Shown one piece after another: positions 1 through 11,036 of a stretch of 64,000 bases of DNA. Origin of the DNA: Nitrosomonadaceae bacterium (lineage in GTDB: Bacteria > Pseudomonadota > Gammaproteobacteria > Burkholderiales > Nitrosomonadaceae); assembly GCA_002721545.1 (NCBI GenBank), contig PBKR01000030.1:5150-69149 (forward strand), read 5' to 3'. The position numbers and the translations under genes are program-made. Position 1 is the first letter of the stretch. Each line of letters starts with the position of its first letter. Below the pieces are notes generated by a model. It did not search any database. It had not been told where the DNA came from and saw only the letters and a program-made list of their open reading frames with translations.

Positions 1-516
1 CGTGAAGCTGGTGCTCATCAAGAAGTATTTAATTTGCTCAGTGATAGTTTAAAGAAATTACCTGATTATCCTGAATTACTATACGATCGAGCTATGGCTG
101 CAGAGCAAATTGGCAAAACAGATATTTTAGAAAAAGATTTACGTAAATTAATTCAGCTAAATCCAAGTCATGCTCATGCACATAATGCACTTGGCTATAG
201 TTTTGCAGAGCATGGTACTCGCTTACCAGAGGCGCTTGAATTAATAGAAAAAGCTATTAAACTTTCTCCTGAGGACCCGTATATTATAGATAGTTTGGGT
301 TGGGTGCATTACCGAATGGGTAATCTCGATAAAGGAATAGGCTATCTTAAGCAAGCTTTTATAATGAAACCTGATCCAGAAATTGCTGCTCATTTAGGAG
401 AAGTTCTTTGGATGCAAGGGACGAAGAAAGAAGCAGAAAGAATTTGGCGTTCTACTATCAAACATTATCCAGATAATGAGGTATTACGTAATACTATGAA
501 GAAATTCATACCATAA
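1..516 (+). CDS. TPR-repeat protein, 5'-truncated by window edge
   Basis: Frame 1 is open from base 1 (REAGAHQEVF...) into the listed ORF. TPR-like units are present (AHNALGYSFAEHG, PYIIDSLGWVHYRMGN, AAHLGEVLWMQG). It lies directly upstream of lolB. Confidence 0.7.
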   Translation, partial: REAGAHQEVFNLLSDSLKKLPDYPELLYDRAMAAEQIGKTDILEKDLRKLIQLNPSHAHAHNALGYSFAEHGTRLPEALELIEKAIKLSPEDPYIIDSLGWVHYRMGNLDKGIGYLKQAFIMKPDPEIAAHLGEVLWMQGTKKEAERIWRSTIKHYPDNEVLRNTMKKFIP

Positions 517-532
517 AGTTAGTAGCTGTAAA

Positions 533-1207
533 ATGATAATAAAATTTGTGGGGATGTGCTCTTCTTATAAGCTACAGTTTTCTATATTTGATAAAGGAAA
601 CTTATATTCTTTTACACACCCTATCTTATTTTTCTATGTATTTTCATTACTTGTTGGTTGCTCCCCATTTACTTTAAGGACTCCTATTATTGGAGAAACA
701 CGCATAATTAAAGCTGGGGAAGATACATCATCTGTAAATTTTGAGCTGATGGGTAGAGTAATAGCTCAAGGTAATGATAAAGTTTTTACTGGTGGAGTAC
801 GATGGGAGCATACCAATACTGATGATAACATTCAGCTGCTTTCTCCATTTGGACAGACATTAGTAGAGATAAATAGTAATAAGGATTTTACTTCACTTAC
901 CACATCAGAACAAAAGAATTATAGAGCTTCAAATGTGGAGGAACTTACTAATCAGGTAATAGGATGGAAGCTACCACTTTTAGGCTTACAGTATTGGGTA
1001 CGTGGTGTAAATTCACCTAAAACAGGAGCAGAGGTTGATAGAGATATAAATGGGCATATTATAGAAATTAGGCAAGATGGATGGATTATTACATATACCT
1101 ATCATTCTTCTTCACAATTAATGCGAACAAGACATCCTAGAATATTAGTATTAGAGCGTAGTAATATTAAAATTAAATTAGTAATAGATAACTGGATAGT
1201 CAAATAG
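533..1207 (+). CDS. lolB: outer-membrane lipoprotein LolB
   Basis: Lipobox LLVGC lies after a hydrophobic N-terminus. LolB-like core is present (GGVRWEH, LLSPFGQT, GLQYWVRG). lolB-ispE-prs synteny holds. The true start may be the internal ATG at 554. Confidence 0.75.
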   Translation: MIIKFVGMCSSYKLQFSIFDKGNLYSFTHPILFFYVFSLLVGCSPFTLRTPIIGETRIIKAGEDTSSVNFELMGRVIAQGNDKVFTGGVRWEHTNTDDNIQLLSPFGQTLVEINSNKDFTSLTTSEQKNYRASNVEELTNQVIGWKLPLLGLQYWVRGVNSPKTGAEVDRDINGHIIEIRQDGWIITYTYHSSSQLMRTRHPRILVLERSNIKIKLVIDNWIVK

Positions 1208-1237
1208 CTATTTATTAAATAATAGGTAATTAATTCA

Positions 1238-2092
1238 ATGGCAAAATTTGTTTGCTCTGCTCCTGCTAAGATTAATTTATTTTTACATGTTATAGGTCGT
1301 AGAAGTGATGGCTATCATCTATTGCAAACAGTATTTCGTTTTCTTGACTTTTCTGATCAAATGGAATTCATTCTTAGAGATGATGCTAGAATTAAACTAA
1401 ATACTTCTATTATTGGGCTGTCAGCAAAGGAAAATTTGTGTGTACAAGCCGCACAATTATTACAGAAAGAAAGTGGAACCTCTCTTGGTGTAGAAATATA
1501 TCTAGAAAAATTTATCCCTATGGGAGGTGGCCTTGGTGGAGGCAGCTCAGATGCAGCGACTACTCTTTTAGTTCTTAACCATTTATGGAATTTAAACTGG
1601 AGTAAGGAAAAATTAATGGAGCTAGGCCTTATTCTGGGAGCAGATGTTCCATTTTTTATATTTGGTGAAAGTGCTTTCGCAGAAGGGATAGGTGAGAAAT
1701 TAAAGCCTATTAAATTAAAACCATCTTGGTATCTAATATTGAAGCCGCCCGTTCATGTGCCAACAGAAGAGATATTTGCTAGTAAAGAATTGACACGAAA
1801 CACAATTCCAGTCAAAATACCGCCCTTTTCAATCGAGCTTGGGCACAATGATTTAGAGTCGGTGGTATGCTTATCTTACTCTGAAGTGGCTCGTCATTTA
1901 GATTGGCTGAGGCAGCTAGATAGCACTAAAATGGTAGGTATGACTGGTTCTGGAGCCTGTGTTTTTGCTGAATTTGAAACAGAATCAGCGGCGCAAATAG
2001 CTCTTGCTAGCATTCCTATTGATATGAGTGGTTTTATAGCTCAGGGATTAGACTATCATCCCATACGGGAATTATTTGGACGGGATGATTAG
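1238..2092 (+). CDS. ispE: 4-diphosphocytidyl-2-C-methyl-D-erythritol kinase
   Basis: N-terminal APAKINLFLHV..R.DGYH motif and GHMP-kinase loop PMGGGLGGGSSDAA. Conserved position between lolB and prs. Confidence 0.9.
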   Translation: MAKFVCSAPAKINLFLHVIGRRSDGYHLLQTVFRFLDFSDQMEFILRDDARIKLNTSIIGLSAKENLCVQAAQLLQKESGTSLGVEIYLEKFIPMGGGLGGGSSDAATTLLVLNHLWNLNWSKEKLMELGLILGADVPFFIFGESAFAEGIGEKLKPIKLKPSWYLILKPPVHVPTEEIFASKELTRNTIPVKIPPFSIELGHNDLESVVCLSYSEVARHLDWLRQLDSTKMVGMTGSGACVFAEFETESAAQIALASIPIDMSGFIAQGLDYHPIRELFGRDD

Positions 2093-2100
2093 AAAAATTA

Positions 2101-2175
2101 TGGGGAGTCGCCAAGTGGTAAGGCACTGGGTTTTGATCTCAGCATACGTAGGTTCGATCCCTACCTCCCCAGCCA
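2101..2175 (+). tRNA. tRNA-Gln (anticodon UUG)
   Basis: Hand-folded 75-nt cloverleaf. Acceptor TGGGGAG/CTCCCCA, anticodon stem CTGGG/CTCAG with loop TT-TTG-AT, T-arm GGTTCGATCC, encoded 3' GCCA. Confidence 0.9.
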
Positions 2176-2263
2176 TAGATAGGTTTATTTGAGTGATTTT
2201 GTGGCTTAGAGATTGGATCGGCGTTTCATAAAGAATGTATTGGGCAGTAATTCTTGGTTACGA

Positions 2264-2338
2264 TGGGGAGTCGCCAAGTGGTAAGGCACTGGATTCTGAT
2301 TCCAGCATTCGTAGGTTCGATCCCTACCTCCCCAGCCA
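2264..2338 (+). tRNA. tRNA-Gln (anticodon CUG)
   Basis: 75 nt and near-identical to the first tRNA-Gln. Anticodon arm CTGGA-TTCTGAT-TCCAG gives CUG. Encoded CCA. Confidence 0.9.
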
Positions 2339-2428
2339 TATATAATAAAGAAAATTATGTTTATAATTACTTTTAATAAAGTATTATATGGAAATATTTT
2401 TTAATTTCATACTATTCAATATATAACT

Positions 2429-3379
2429 ATGTCCTATGATAGCTTAATGGTTTTTACCGGTACCGCTAATCCGAAGCTGGCTCAGGATGTGGTAAGGCAT
2501 CTTAATATTCATCTTGGGCGTGCAACGGTTAGTCGTTTTAGTGATAGTGAGATAATGGTTGAGATCCTAGAGAATGTACGTGGTAAGGATGTTTTTATAT
2601 TACAGTCAACTTGCATGCCCTCAAATGATAGTTTGATGGAGGTTTTAGTCATGGTAGATGCACTAAAGCGCGCTTCTGCTGGACGTATTACTGCAGCAAT
2701 TCCCTATTTTGGCTATGCACGCCAGGATAGAAGGCCTCGTTCAGTACGGGTCCCAATTACAGCAAAAGTTGTAGCAAATCTACTTACTACTGTTGGAATT
2801 GATAGGCTGTTAACAATGGATCTGCATTCTGACCAGATTCAAGGTTTTTTTGATATATCTGTGGATAATGTTTATGGTATGCCAATTCTTCTTGGAGACG
2901 TATGGACATCTAATTACAAGAATTTAATTGTAGTTTCACCTGATGTAGGGGGTGTGGTTCGAGCAAGAGAAATGGCTAAAAGGCTGGAATGTGATTTGGC
3001 TATTATAGATAAGCGACGTCCTAAGCCTAATGTTGCTAAAGTAATGAATATTATTGGTGAAGTTAAAGGGCGTACTTGCGTTATTATGGATGACATGGTC
3101 GATACAGCTAACACATTATGTGAAGCAGCTAGAGTATTAAAAGCGCAAGGCGCACAGAGTGTAGTAGCTTATTGTACTCATCCAGTTCTTTCTGGAGAGG
3201 CTGTAAAACGTATTGAGAACTCTGAGTTAGATAAATTAGTAGTGACAGATACAATTCCTTTACGTGAAGATGCTAAAGCTTCTAGTCGTATTCAACAGCT
3301 GAGTGTGGCAAGTTTATTAGCAGAAACTATGTTAAGGATTATTAATGAAGATTCAGTAAGCTCCCTGTTTATGGAGTAA
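2429..3379 (+). CDS. prs: ribose-phosphate pyrophosphokinase
   Basis: Full-length Prs-like sequence ([22 protein letters not shown]-binding loop [11 protein letters not shown]). Confidence 0.95.
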   Translation: MSYDSLMVFTGTANPKLAQDVVRHLNIHLGRATVSRFSDSEIMVEILENVRGKDVFILQSTCMPSNDSLMEVLVMVDALKRASAGRITAAIPYFGYARQDRRPRSVRVPITAKVVANLLTTVGIDRLLTMDLHSDQIQGFFDISVDNVYGMPILLGDVWTSNYKNLIVVSPDVGGVVRAREMAKRLECDLAIIDKRRPKPNVAKVMNIIGEVKGRTCVIMDDMVDTANTLCEAARVLKAQGAQSVVAYCTHPVLSGEAVKRIENSELDKLVVTDTIPLREDAKASSRIQQLSVASLLAETMLRIINEDSVSSLFME

Positions 3380-3440
3380 GTTTTAGAGAGGTATATTTTG
3401 GGTCATCTGGTCGCGGATGACTTTATTCTGGAGAGGTGTA

Positions 3441-4133
3441 ATGCAAATTGAAATTAGTGTTAATAAAAGGGTACTTCAAGGTAAGGGTGCGAGCCGCCGC
3501 CTACGTAATTGTGGGAAGGTTCCAGGAATTATATATGGTGGTGAGAAGCAAGCTCAGCCTATAGAGCTTGATCACAATAATTTATATCACAAACTAAAGC
3601 TTGAAGCATTTCATGCGTCTATTCTATCTATCGATTTAGAAGGAAAAAAAGAGCAGGTCCTGTTGCGTGATTTACAAATGCATCCATTCAAATTACAGGT
3701 GTTACATATTGATTTTCAAAGGGTTGATCAGAATAAAAAAATACATATGAAAGTTCCATTGCATTTTATCAATGCTGATGTTTCACCTGGAGTAAAATTA
3801 TCGGGAGGTATTGTTAGTCATGTTTTTACTGAGTTAAATATTTCTTGCTTGCCTAAAGATTTACCAGAATTTATAGAGGTTGATTTGATAGATTTATCTT
3901 CTAATAATTCAGTTCATTTAAAGGACCTAAAAATGCCTTCTGGAGTAGAGGTTCCTTTATTAACAAAGGGTGAAAATCCAACTGTTGCTACAATCGTAAT
4001 TCCTAGAGCTGTTGTTTCTGAAGAGTCAGCTGAGGCAGAAACAGTAGATGCTGCAGAAATCCCTACAACTGTTCAGAAATCAGAGGATGAAGAAAAAGAA
4101 ACTGAGGATAAAGATGAAGGTAAGAAAAAATAG
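3441..4133 (+). CDS. rplY: 50S ribosomal protein L25 / general stress protein Ctc
   Basis: L25/Ctc family N-terminus ([17 protein letters not shown]) with an acidic C-terminal tail. ATG 3441 is preferred over the ORF-track start 3417 because GGAGAGG precedes it. Confidence 0.85.
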   Translation: MQIEISVNKRVLQGKGASRRLRNCGKVPGIIYGGEKQAQPIELDHNNLYHKLKLEAFHASILSIDLEGKKEQVLLRDLQMHPFKLQVLHIDFQRVDQNKKIHMKVPLHFINADVSPGVKLSGGIVSHVFTELNISCLPKDLPEFIEVDLIDLSSNNSVHLKDLKMPSGVEVPLLTKGENPTVATIVIPRAVVSEESAEAETVDAAEIPTTVQKSEDEEKETEDKDEGKKK

Positions 4134-4152
4134 ATATTTCAGCATAGATTTT

Positions 4153-4187
4153 GCCCGCTGGAGCTAGCCTAGCTCGGCGGGTTTTTT
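4153..4187 (+). terminator. rho-independent terminator after rplY
   Basis: Stem CCCGC..GAGCTA / TAGCTC..GCGGG (5+6 bp, 3-nt loop) followed by TTTTTT. Confidence 0.6.
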
Positions 4188-4217
4188 AATGGATTTTTAA
4201 GATATAGAGCGCCTTAA

Positions 4218-4796
4218 ATGAAGCTTATTGTGGGATTAGGAAACCCAGGCAAGAAGTATCTTTCTACACGGCATAATGTAGGGTATCAGTGGGTAGCTAA
4301 ATTAGCTGATAAGCTGGAAGTGACGTTTAGAAAGGAGGAAAAATTCTATGCTTTGTGTGCACGTATTGGCCAAGGGGAAGATAGTTTTTGGTTGTTTTGC
4401 CCCCAAACATATATGAATGAAAGTGGAAAGGCGGTATTAGCAATATGTAATTTTTATAAAATAGATCCAGAACAAGTCATTGTAATTCACGATGAGTTAG
4501 ATTTACCTCCTGGGGCTATAAAATTAAAAATGGGTGGAGGATTAGCAGGGCATAATGGCTTGAAGGATATAGCTACATGCCTATCTACCAGAGAATTCTG
4601 GAGATTGCGGATTGGCATAGGTCATCCTGGAGATAAGAGTTTGGTAGCTAATTATGTATTGTGTCCCCCATTTAAAGAGGATAATCATAAAATTCAAAAA
4701 TCTATTATTAGTAGTTTTGATATATGGCCACTTCTGATTCAAGGGAATTATCAGAAAGCAATGCTAAAGTTACATACTATAAGTATTAAAAAATGA
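4218..4796 (+). CDS. pth: peptidyl-tRNA hydrolase
   Basis: MKLIVGLGNPG..Y..TRHNVG N-terminus and HDELDL motif. pth-ychF synteny. Confidence 0.9.
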   Translation: MKLIVGLGNPGKKYLSTRHNVGYQWVAKLADKLEVTFRKEEKFYALCARIGQGEDSFWLFCPQTYMNESGKAVLAICNFYKIDPEQVIVIHDELDLPPGAIKLKMGGGLAGHNGLKDIATCLSTREFWRLRIGIGHPGDKSLVANYVLCPPFKEDNHKIQKSIISSFDIWPLLIQGNYQKAMLKLHTISIKK

Positions 4797-4872
4797 TATT
4801 TAATTTACGAATAAGATTATCAGTATCGGTTGGTATTTTTTCTTTATCGTTTACTCATATTTAAATAAATTT

Positions 4873-5967
4873 ATGAGTTTACAATGTGGAATTGTTGGCT
4901 TACCGAATGTAGGAAAATCAACCTTATTTAATGCACTAACTAAGGGTGAAATTGCTGCAGATAACTATCCTTTTTGTACTATTGATCCAAATACTGGCAT
5001 AGTAAAGGTACCCGACCAGCGCTTACTTGAGATTAGTGCAATTGTTAAGCCTAAGAAGGTGCAGCCTGCTATAGTTGAGTTTGTAGATATAGCAGGTCTT
5101 GTTGCGGGTGCTTCTAATGGTGAGGGATTGGGTAATAAATTTCTTGCTAATATTCGTGAAACTGATGGAATTATAAATATGGTACGTTGTTTTTCGGATG
5201 ACAATGTCGTTCATGTTTCCGGTAAAGTAGACCCTATTTCAGATATTGAAACCATACAGACTGAGTTGGCTCTTTCTGATATAGCTACGATTGAAAAAAC
5301 GTTAAAACGTGAAACTAAATTAGCTAAATCAAGTAATGATAAAGATTTGATTAAATTAATTAAATTATTAGAGCGGGCCAGAGAAGAACTTAATCAAGGA
5401 AGGTCAATTAGAAGTATAGAATTTGATAAAGATCAGATAGAGTTACTAAAGCCTCTATGTTTACTTACTGCTAAGCCTGTCATCTATGTAGCTAATGTAG
5501 GAGAGAAGGGGTTTGTTGAGAATCCATTTCTAAAGCAAGTAGAAGAATATGCTGCAAAAGAAAATGCACCAGTGGTAGTAATTTGTGCAGCACTTGAAGC
5601 AGAGATTGCTGAATTATCAGATGAAGATAAGAAAATATTTCTAGCAGATACCAGCCTTGAAGAACCAGGTTTAAACCGTCTTATTAGAGCTGCTTATAAA
5701 CTTCTTGGTCTACAAACATATTTTACCGCTGGTGTTAAAGAAGTACGTGCATGGACTATACATAAAGGAGACACTGCTCCGAAAGCTGCAGGTGTGATTC
5801 ATTCTGATTTCGAAAAAGGATTTATTCGCGCTGAAGTTATTAATTATAAAGATTTTATAATCTATGATGGTGACCAAGGATCAAAGGAAGCTGGAAAAAT
5901 GAGACTGGAGGGAAAAGAATATGTAGTAAAAGACGGAGATGTAATGAATTTCCGTTTTAATGTTTAG
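4873..5967 (+). CDS. ychF: redox-regulated ribosome-binding ATPase YchF
   Basis: P-loop [12 protein letters not shown], central coiled-coil insert, C-terminal TGS-like domain (FIRAEV..Y.D). Confidence 0.95.
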   Translation: MSLQCGIVGLPNVGKSTLFNALTKGEIAADNYPFCTIDPNTGIVKVPDQRLLEISAIVKPKKVQPAIVEFVDIAGLVAGASNGEGLGNKFLANIRETDGIINMVRCFSDDNVVHVSGKVDPISDIETIQTELALSDIATIEKTLKRETKLAKSSNDKDLIKLIKLLERAREELNQGRSIRSIEFDKDQIELLKPLCLLTAKPVIYVANVGEKGFVENPFLKQVEEYAAKENAPVVVICAALEAEIAELSDEDKKIFLADTSLEEPGLNRLIRAAYKLLGLQTYFTAGVKEVRAWTIHKGDTAPKAAGVIHSDFEKGFIRAEVINYKDFIIYDGDQGSKEAGKMRLEGKEYVVKDGDVMNFRFNV

Positions 5968-6235
5968 TAATATAGAAACTCAGCTATATGAGATTAGTGT
6001 TGTTTTTTAAATTAGCAATTTCCTTTACAATAAATTGTATTGATAAGGGATCATAATGCAGTACACTATTTTTCATATAAATACATATTCTAAATACTAC
6101 TGAAATAAGGGACAGTGGATTAAAAGGCTTTATATAAAATAAGAATATATGAATAATTCATTATATAGAGTGCGCATAAATTTTTAATAATATGTATGCT
6201 TTTATTATGGTTAGGCTTAATTTTAAGGAGTCAAT

Positions 6236-6604
6236 TTGCTAATGAAAATGAGAGTGAAATATTTGATGATGTTGTCAATACTGTTGATTTTATTACCTTC
6301 TGCTGCTATGGCTAATGACTATCCAACTCATGCAGGTGAGAAATTAGGAAGTGGTGTCGCTAATATTATTACAGGCGTTTTAGAAATTCCTAAAACTATG
6401 ATTGTTAGAAGCCGTACTGATGGAATAGGTTATGGTATGACGAATGGTTTTTTTGTTGGAATTGTACATGCTTTTGGGCGTACTTTAAGCGGGGTTTTTG
6501 ATGTAACAACATTTGTAATTCCTACTACTTCTTTTGTTCAGTCTGAATACATATGGGATAATTTTGATCAAGAGACTATTTATATCTCTCCTCAGAGTCG
6601 ATGA
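6236..6604 (+). CDS. small secreted protein resembling the exosortase-associated TIGR04073 family
   Basis: Signal peptide, then the KLG.GVANIITG.LEIPK motif as I recall it for TIGR04073. AAGGAG lies upstream. The start could be TTG 6236 or ATG 6242. Confidence 0.5.
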   Translation: MLMKMRVKYLMMLSILLILLPSAAMANDYPTHAGEKLGSGVANIITGVLEIPKTMIVRSRTDGIGYGMTNGFFVGIVHAFGRTLSGVFDVTTFVIPTTSFVQSEYIWDNFDQETIYISPQSR

Positions 6605-6680
6605 ATTTATTGCAGGTATAAGAGCTATCAACTTTTGAGCTAACTATTTTTATATTCTCTTTTACATAGTTAGTATATAA

Positions 6681-7352
6681 ATGGAAAAAGACTACTGGTT
6701 GAGACGTTGGAAGCAGCAAGAAATTGGTTTTCACCAGAGCAAAGCTAATTCTTATTTATGTGAACACTGGGAAAAATTATATCTAGATCAGGATGACACG
6801 GTATTTGTACCTCTTTGCGGAAAGAGTCTGGATATATCTTGGTTATGTTCACAGAATTATAAAGTTCTAGGTGTTGAAGTAAGTACTATTGCAGTAGAAA
6901 GCTTCTTTAAAGAAAATAAGCTTATCCCAAATATTAATTGTTGTGAACGATTTGATCGTTATGAAACGGATAGAATTAGTATTTTTAGAGGTGATTTCTT
7001 TAATCTAAATAAACAAGATCTAGTTAAAGTTAGAGCAGTATATGATCGGGCATCTCTGGTAGCACTTCCTCAAAAAATGCGGTATATGTATGTACGGCAC
7101 CTCTTAGAAATTTTACCATTAAATATTCAGATTCTACTTATTACTTGTGAATATTCACAGTTAGAAATGCAGGGTCCACCATTCTCTGTTTCAGTAAATG
7201 AGGTGGAGGATTTATTCAGCAGGCATTCAAATATATGCTTGCTAGAAAGGCTTGATGTATTAAATCAATACCCTAAATTTTATAAGAGAGGGTTGAGTAA
7301 ATTACATGCCAATATTTTTCTTCTGACTCTAAAAAATAACCAGTATGAATAG
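6681..7352 (+). CDS. tpm: thiopurine S-methyltransferase family protein
   Basis: TPMT signature N-terminus (YW..RW.Q.EIGFHQ, VFVPLCGKSLD..WL, GVE.S..AV). Confidence 0.8.
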   Translation: MEKDYWLRRWKQQEIGFHQSKANSYLCEHWEKLYLDQDDTVFVPLCGKSLDISWLCSQNYKVLGVEVSTIAVESFFKENKLIPNINCCERFDRYETDRISIFRGDFFNLNKQDLVKVRAVYDRASLVALPQKMRYMYVRHLLEILPLNIQILLITCEYSQLEMQGPPFSVSVNEVEDLFSRHSNICLLERLDVLNQYPKFYKRGLSKLHANIFLLTLKNNQYE

Positions 7353-8799
7353 AGACTCTTTGATTAATAATGCATTTTCAAAATTAGCTGATATTTCTGA
7401 ATCAATTATCTTTTATAGTATTGACCTTGATTTAGTAAATGCGTCAGGGGATTCGATTAAGCTGCCTTTGATTCTTCTTTGGCTTGTTGTGGCTTCAGTA
7501 TTTTTTACATTTTATTTTAGATTTATCAATATCCGATATTTTAAGCATTCAGTTGCGGTTGCTTTTAACCGTTATCCTGAACCCAATGCTGATGGACAAA
7601 TTAGTTCTTTTCAAGCTCTTGCAACATCACTTTCAGGAACCGTAGGGCTCGGTAATATTGCAGGTGTCGCTGTAGCAATTACTGTAGGTGGGCCAGGTGC
7701 AGCTCTGTGGATGGCAATTATGGGTATGTTTAGTATGTCAACAAAATTTATAGAGGTGAGCCTTGGTGTGAAGTATCGTCACCATTCTGACCAGGAGAAT
7801 AATAAGAGTATTTCAGGTGGACCAATGTATTATCTACGTGATGCTCTAAATAATAGAGGCATGTCAAATTTAGGAAGAATTCTAGCTACATCATTTGCAA
7901 TTGCTTGTATTGGTGGGGCTATAGGTGGAGGTAATATGTTTCAGGCAAACCAATCTTTTGCACAGTTTCTTAATATTACAGGTGGAGAAGAAAGCTGGTT
8001 TTATAATAAAGGTTGGGTTTTTGGTTTAATAATGGCGATTATGGTAGCGGTAGTTATTATAGGTGGAATTAAATCAATTGCTTCTGCAGCTTCAAGAATT
8101 GTACCTTTTATGGCTGGAATATATTTGCTGACTGGAATTTTTATTATCGTAATAAATTTATCTTCTTTGCCAAATGCATTACTGATTATTGTAACTTCTG
8201 CATTTTCCCTGCAGGCCGGTATCGGTGGCTTTATTGGTGCATTATTAGCTGGCGTGCAAAGAGCAACATTCTCGAATGAGGCGGGCCTTGGTTCGTCAGC
8301 TATTATCCACGCAACAGCCAAGACAAATATTCCGGTGAAACAGGGTATTGCAGGTATGATGGGTTCTTTTGTTGATACAGTTATTATTTGTATGATGACA
8401 GCACTGATTATTGTTATCTCTGGTGTGTATAAAACAACAGAAGGCATGGCTGGAATTGAGTTAACTTCTGCAGCAATGGGAAGCGTCGTTTCATGGTTTC
8501 CTTATGTATTATCTTTATGTGTCATATTATTTGCTTATTCGACAATTATTACTTGGTATTATTATGGTGAAAAATGCCTTGCTTTTCTATTTGGAGAGAA
8601 AAAAATAATTACGTTATTATTTAAAACTCTATTTTGTTTTTTCGTTGTTATTGGAGCAGCAGTAGAACTTGCGAATGTTATTCGTTTCTCTGATGCTATG
8701 ATGCTTTCACTGGCAATTCCAAACATTATTGGACTTTATATTTTAGCGCCAGAAATTAAACAAGACTTACGAGAATACGTGAAGACAATTAAGAATTAA
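7345..8799 (+). CDS. alanine/glycine:cation symporter (AGCS family)
   Basis: Polytopic membrane protein with the AGCS signature QALATSLSGTVGLGNIAGVAVAI..GGPGA.WM. The start overlaps the tpm stop by 8 nt (ATGAATAG). Confidence 0.85.
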   Translation: MNRDSLINNAFSKLADISESIIFYSIDLDLVNASGDSIKLPLILLWLVVASVFFTFYFRFINIRYFKHSVAVAFNRYPEPNADGQISSFQALATSLSGTVGLGNIAGVAVAITVGGPGAALWMAIMGMFSMSTKFIEVSLGVKYRHHSDQENNKSISGGPMYYLRDALNNRGMSNLGRILATSFAIACIGGAIGGGNMFQANQSFAQFLNITGGEESWFYNKGWVFGLIMAIMVAVVIIGGIKSIASAASRIVPFMAGIYLLTGIFIIVINLSSLPNALLIIVTSAFSLQAGIGGFIGALLAGVQRATFSNEAGLGSSAIIHATAKTNIPVKQGIAGMMGSFVDTVIICMMTALIIVISGVYKTTEGMAGIELTSAAMGSVVSWFPYVLSLCVILFAYSTIITWYYYGEKCLAFLFGEKKIITLLFKTLFCFFVVIGAAVELANVIRFSDAMMLSLAIPNIIGLYILAPEIKQDLREYVKTIKN

Positions 8800-8816
8800 A
8801 TATAGATAATTAAATT

Positions 8817-9527
8817 TTGGGGGAAATCTTGAAGACTACTTTAATTACTGGTGCAAACCGGGGAATTGGTTTTGAGTTTGCAAGGCAGCTTGTTGCTGAT
8901 GATTGGTTTGTTATAGCTTGTAATCGCAATTCTGACAATTCAGATTCTCTTAACAAGCTTGCAGCTAAATATCCTGATAAGATAATGTTACATACTCTTG
9001 ATGTGACAAATCACAAACAGATAAAAAAATTAGCGCAAACTTTGTCTAGTGAATCTATAGATTTACTTATTAATAATGCAGGATTTTATCCTGATAGAGA
9101 AAGAGGTTGCTTTGGACAAATAGACTATGATGCCTGGGCCTATACTTTTTTAGTAAACACTATGGCTCCGTTAAAGATGGTCGAAGAGTTTATAAATCAT
9201 ATCACTAAAAGTAGGAAAAAAATTATTGTAACTATAACTAGTAAGATGGGTAGTATTTCTGATAACGCTCGTGGTGGTAGTTATATATATAGATCAAGTA
9301 AATCAGCTTTAAATATGGTCATGAAGAGTACAGCTATTGACTTAAAATCGAAAAATATTATTTCAGTCTTATTGCATCCTGGATGGGTGAGAACTGACAT
9401 GGGTGGTCCAAATGGATTAATCTCTGCAGAGCAGAGTGTGTCTGGTATGTTAGATATCATAAAAGAATTTACAATTGATGACTCTGGAAAAATTTTTGCT
9501 TATGATGGAAAAATAATTCCATGGTAG
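8817..9527 (+). CDS. SDR-family oxidoreductase
   Basis: TGANRGIG cofactor motif, NNAG, catalytic YRSSK. The start is uncertain (TTG 8817 or TTG 8829). Confidence 0.8.
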   Translation: MGEILKTTLITGANRGIGFEFARQLVADDWFVIACNRNSDNSDSLNKLAAKYPDKIMLHTLDVTNHKQIKKLAQTLSSESIDLLINNAGFYPDRERGCFGQIDYDAWAYTFLVNTMAPLKMVEEFINHITKSRKKIIVTITSKMGSISDNARGGSYIYRSSKSALNMVMKSTAIDLKSKNIISVLLHPGWVRTDMGGPNGLISAEQSVSGMLDIIKEFTIDDSGKIFAYDGKIIPW

Positions 9528-9664
9528 ATGTTTTTCTAAATCTTCTGTAGTAATGGGAATTAAAAAATGGGATTAGTATAATTCAACTGCCCTAAATTTT
9601 TTGATTTGATTCGCATATACTGATCTGATAAATCAATTATTACTGATGACTGTATAGATAGGGT

Positions 9665-10588
9665 TTACATAGATTCTGCTGCTATTAAACGTTTTGGTGT
9701 TATTGAGCCGCATTTTGCAATTTCCCCTAGTCCCAGTAATTTTTTCTTATTGTCATATACTCTGATTTTTTCTCCTTCCTTGAACTTTCTTGCTAGTGTT
9801 ACGTCAATTATGGTCTGTCCATTTAATAAACGTCTAGAATCAATATTATTAACAAATACAGCTGGTAAATTTTTCAAGAGAGTATCAATAGGATGTAGGC
9901 AAGACTCCCGTTTTGCAAGTGACATGTTTTTAAATATGTCTAGAGTGTAAGAATTTAATAAATTTATGCCTCCTATAGCATTTCTATTTAAGGAGGTAAC
10001 ATATGCTCCACCACATCCTAGTACTTTACCAAAATCTTCAGCTAACGCTCGGATATACGTACCAGAGCTACATGTAACTGTAATATCTATTTTATTCTTT
10101 TTAATCGCTATTACTTGTAAATCGTATATTGTTATTTCCCGTGGGTTTCTTTTAATTACTACTCCTTTCCGTGCATAAGTATATAAAGGCCTTCCCTCAT
10201 GTTTCAGAGCACTATACATAGGTGGAATTTGCATAATTTTTCCAGTTAAATTTTGTATAGCTAAATCAATTTTCTTTGATGTTAAGTTAACACTACCTGC
10301 AGCAGATATTTCTCCATCAGCATCTCCAGTTGAGCTGATATACCCAAGCTGTAGAGTAGCTGTATAAGTTTTATTTGCACCTAATAAAGCAGAGGTAAAT
10401 TTCGTGGCTTCACCAAAACAAACTGGTAGTAGGCCAGTTGCTATTGGATCTAGCGTACCAGTGTGCCCTGCTTTTGATGCATTTAATAAGCGTTTGGCAA
10501 TTTGAAGTGCCTTATGGGAAGTAATTCCAGTAGACTTATTTAGTAACAGAACTCCACTAATTTCTCGTTTAGTTGATTTAGTTAGCAA
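9665..10588 (-). CDS. truB: tRNA pseudouridine(55) synthase
   Basis: Catalytic motif GHTGTLDP, PPMYSA, C-terminal PUA-like region. Last gene of the rimP-nusA-infB-rbfA-truB block. Confidence 0.9.
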   Translation of the reverse strand: MLTKSTKREISGVLLLNKSTGITSHKALQIAKRLLNASKAGHTGTLDPIATGLLPVCFGEATKFTSALLGANKTYTATLQLGYISSTGDADGEISAAGSVNLTSKKIDLAIQNLTGKIMQIPPMYSALKHEGRPLYTYARKGVVIKRNPREITIYDLQVIAIKKNKIDITVTCSSGTYIRALAEDFGKVLGCGGAYVTSLNRNAIGGINLLNSYTLDIFKNMSLAKRESCLHPIDTLLKNLPAVFVNNIDSRRLLNGQTIIDVTLARKFKEGEKIRVYDNKKKLLGLGEIAKCGSITPKRLIAAESM

Positions 10589-10658
10589 AATCTATAGATT
10601 TAATAGCGGGATGTATATAAAAAGAAAATTATAAATTAATTCCTAATAGGAATACGTG

Positions 10659-11024
10659 TTATTTTTTTTGTTTATCTTGTTTTATAGCTTTATCTATTAA
10701 CTGTGAAAGATGAACTCCTTGCTCAATAGATTTATCATAAATAAAAGTAAGTAATGGAACTACTCGAAGCCTTAGTCGACGTGATAATTGGTTGCGTAAA
10801 AATGCTGCCGCATGTTGTAATCCTTTCTCAGTTAGAAAATTATCTTCAGCATTCCCAAGTGTAGTATAAAATATTTTTGCATGGCCATAATCTTGGCTTA
10901 ACTCAACCCCTGTTAGAGTAATCATGCCAATACGTTTGTCTTTAAGTTCATTATGAATCAATTCTGCTAGTTCACGTTGAATTTGATCAGCAATCCTTAA
11001 GGCACGAGAATATTCTTTAGGCAT
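10659..11024 (-). CDS. rbfA: 30S ribosome-binding factor RbfA
   Basis: RbfA-like sequence (R..RIADQIQRELAELI, ITLTGVELS.D...AKI). Synteny between infB and truB. Confidence 0.9.
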   Translation of the reverse strand: MPKEYSRALRIADQIQRELAELIHNELKDKRIGMITLTGVELSQDYGHAKIFYTTLGNAEDNFLTEKGLQHAAAFLRNQLSRRLRLRVVPLLTFIYDKSIEQGVHLSQLIDKAIKQDKQKK

Positions 11025-11036
11025 TATATCGATGTG

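Noticed and set aside
8001-8447. 148-aa minus-strand ORF.
   Set aside because: Antisense shadow within the AGCS symporter gene.
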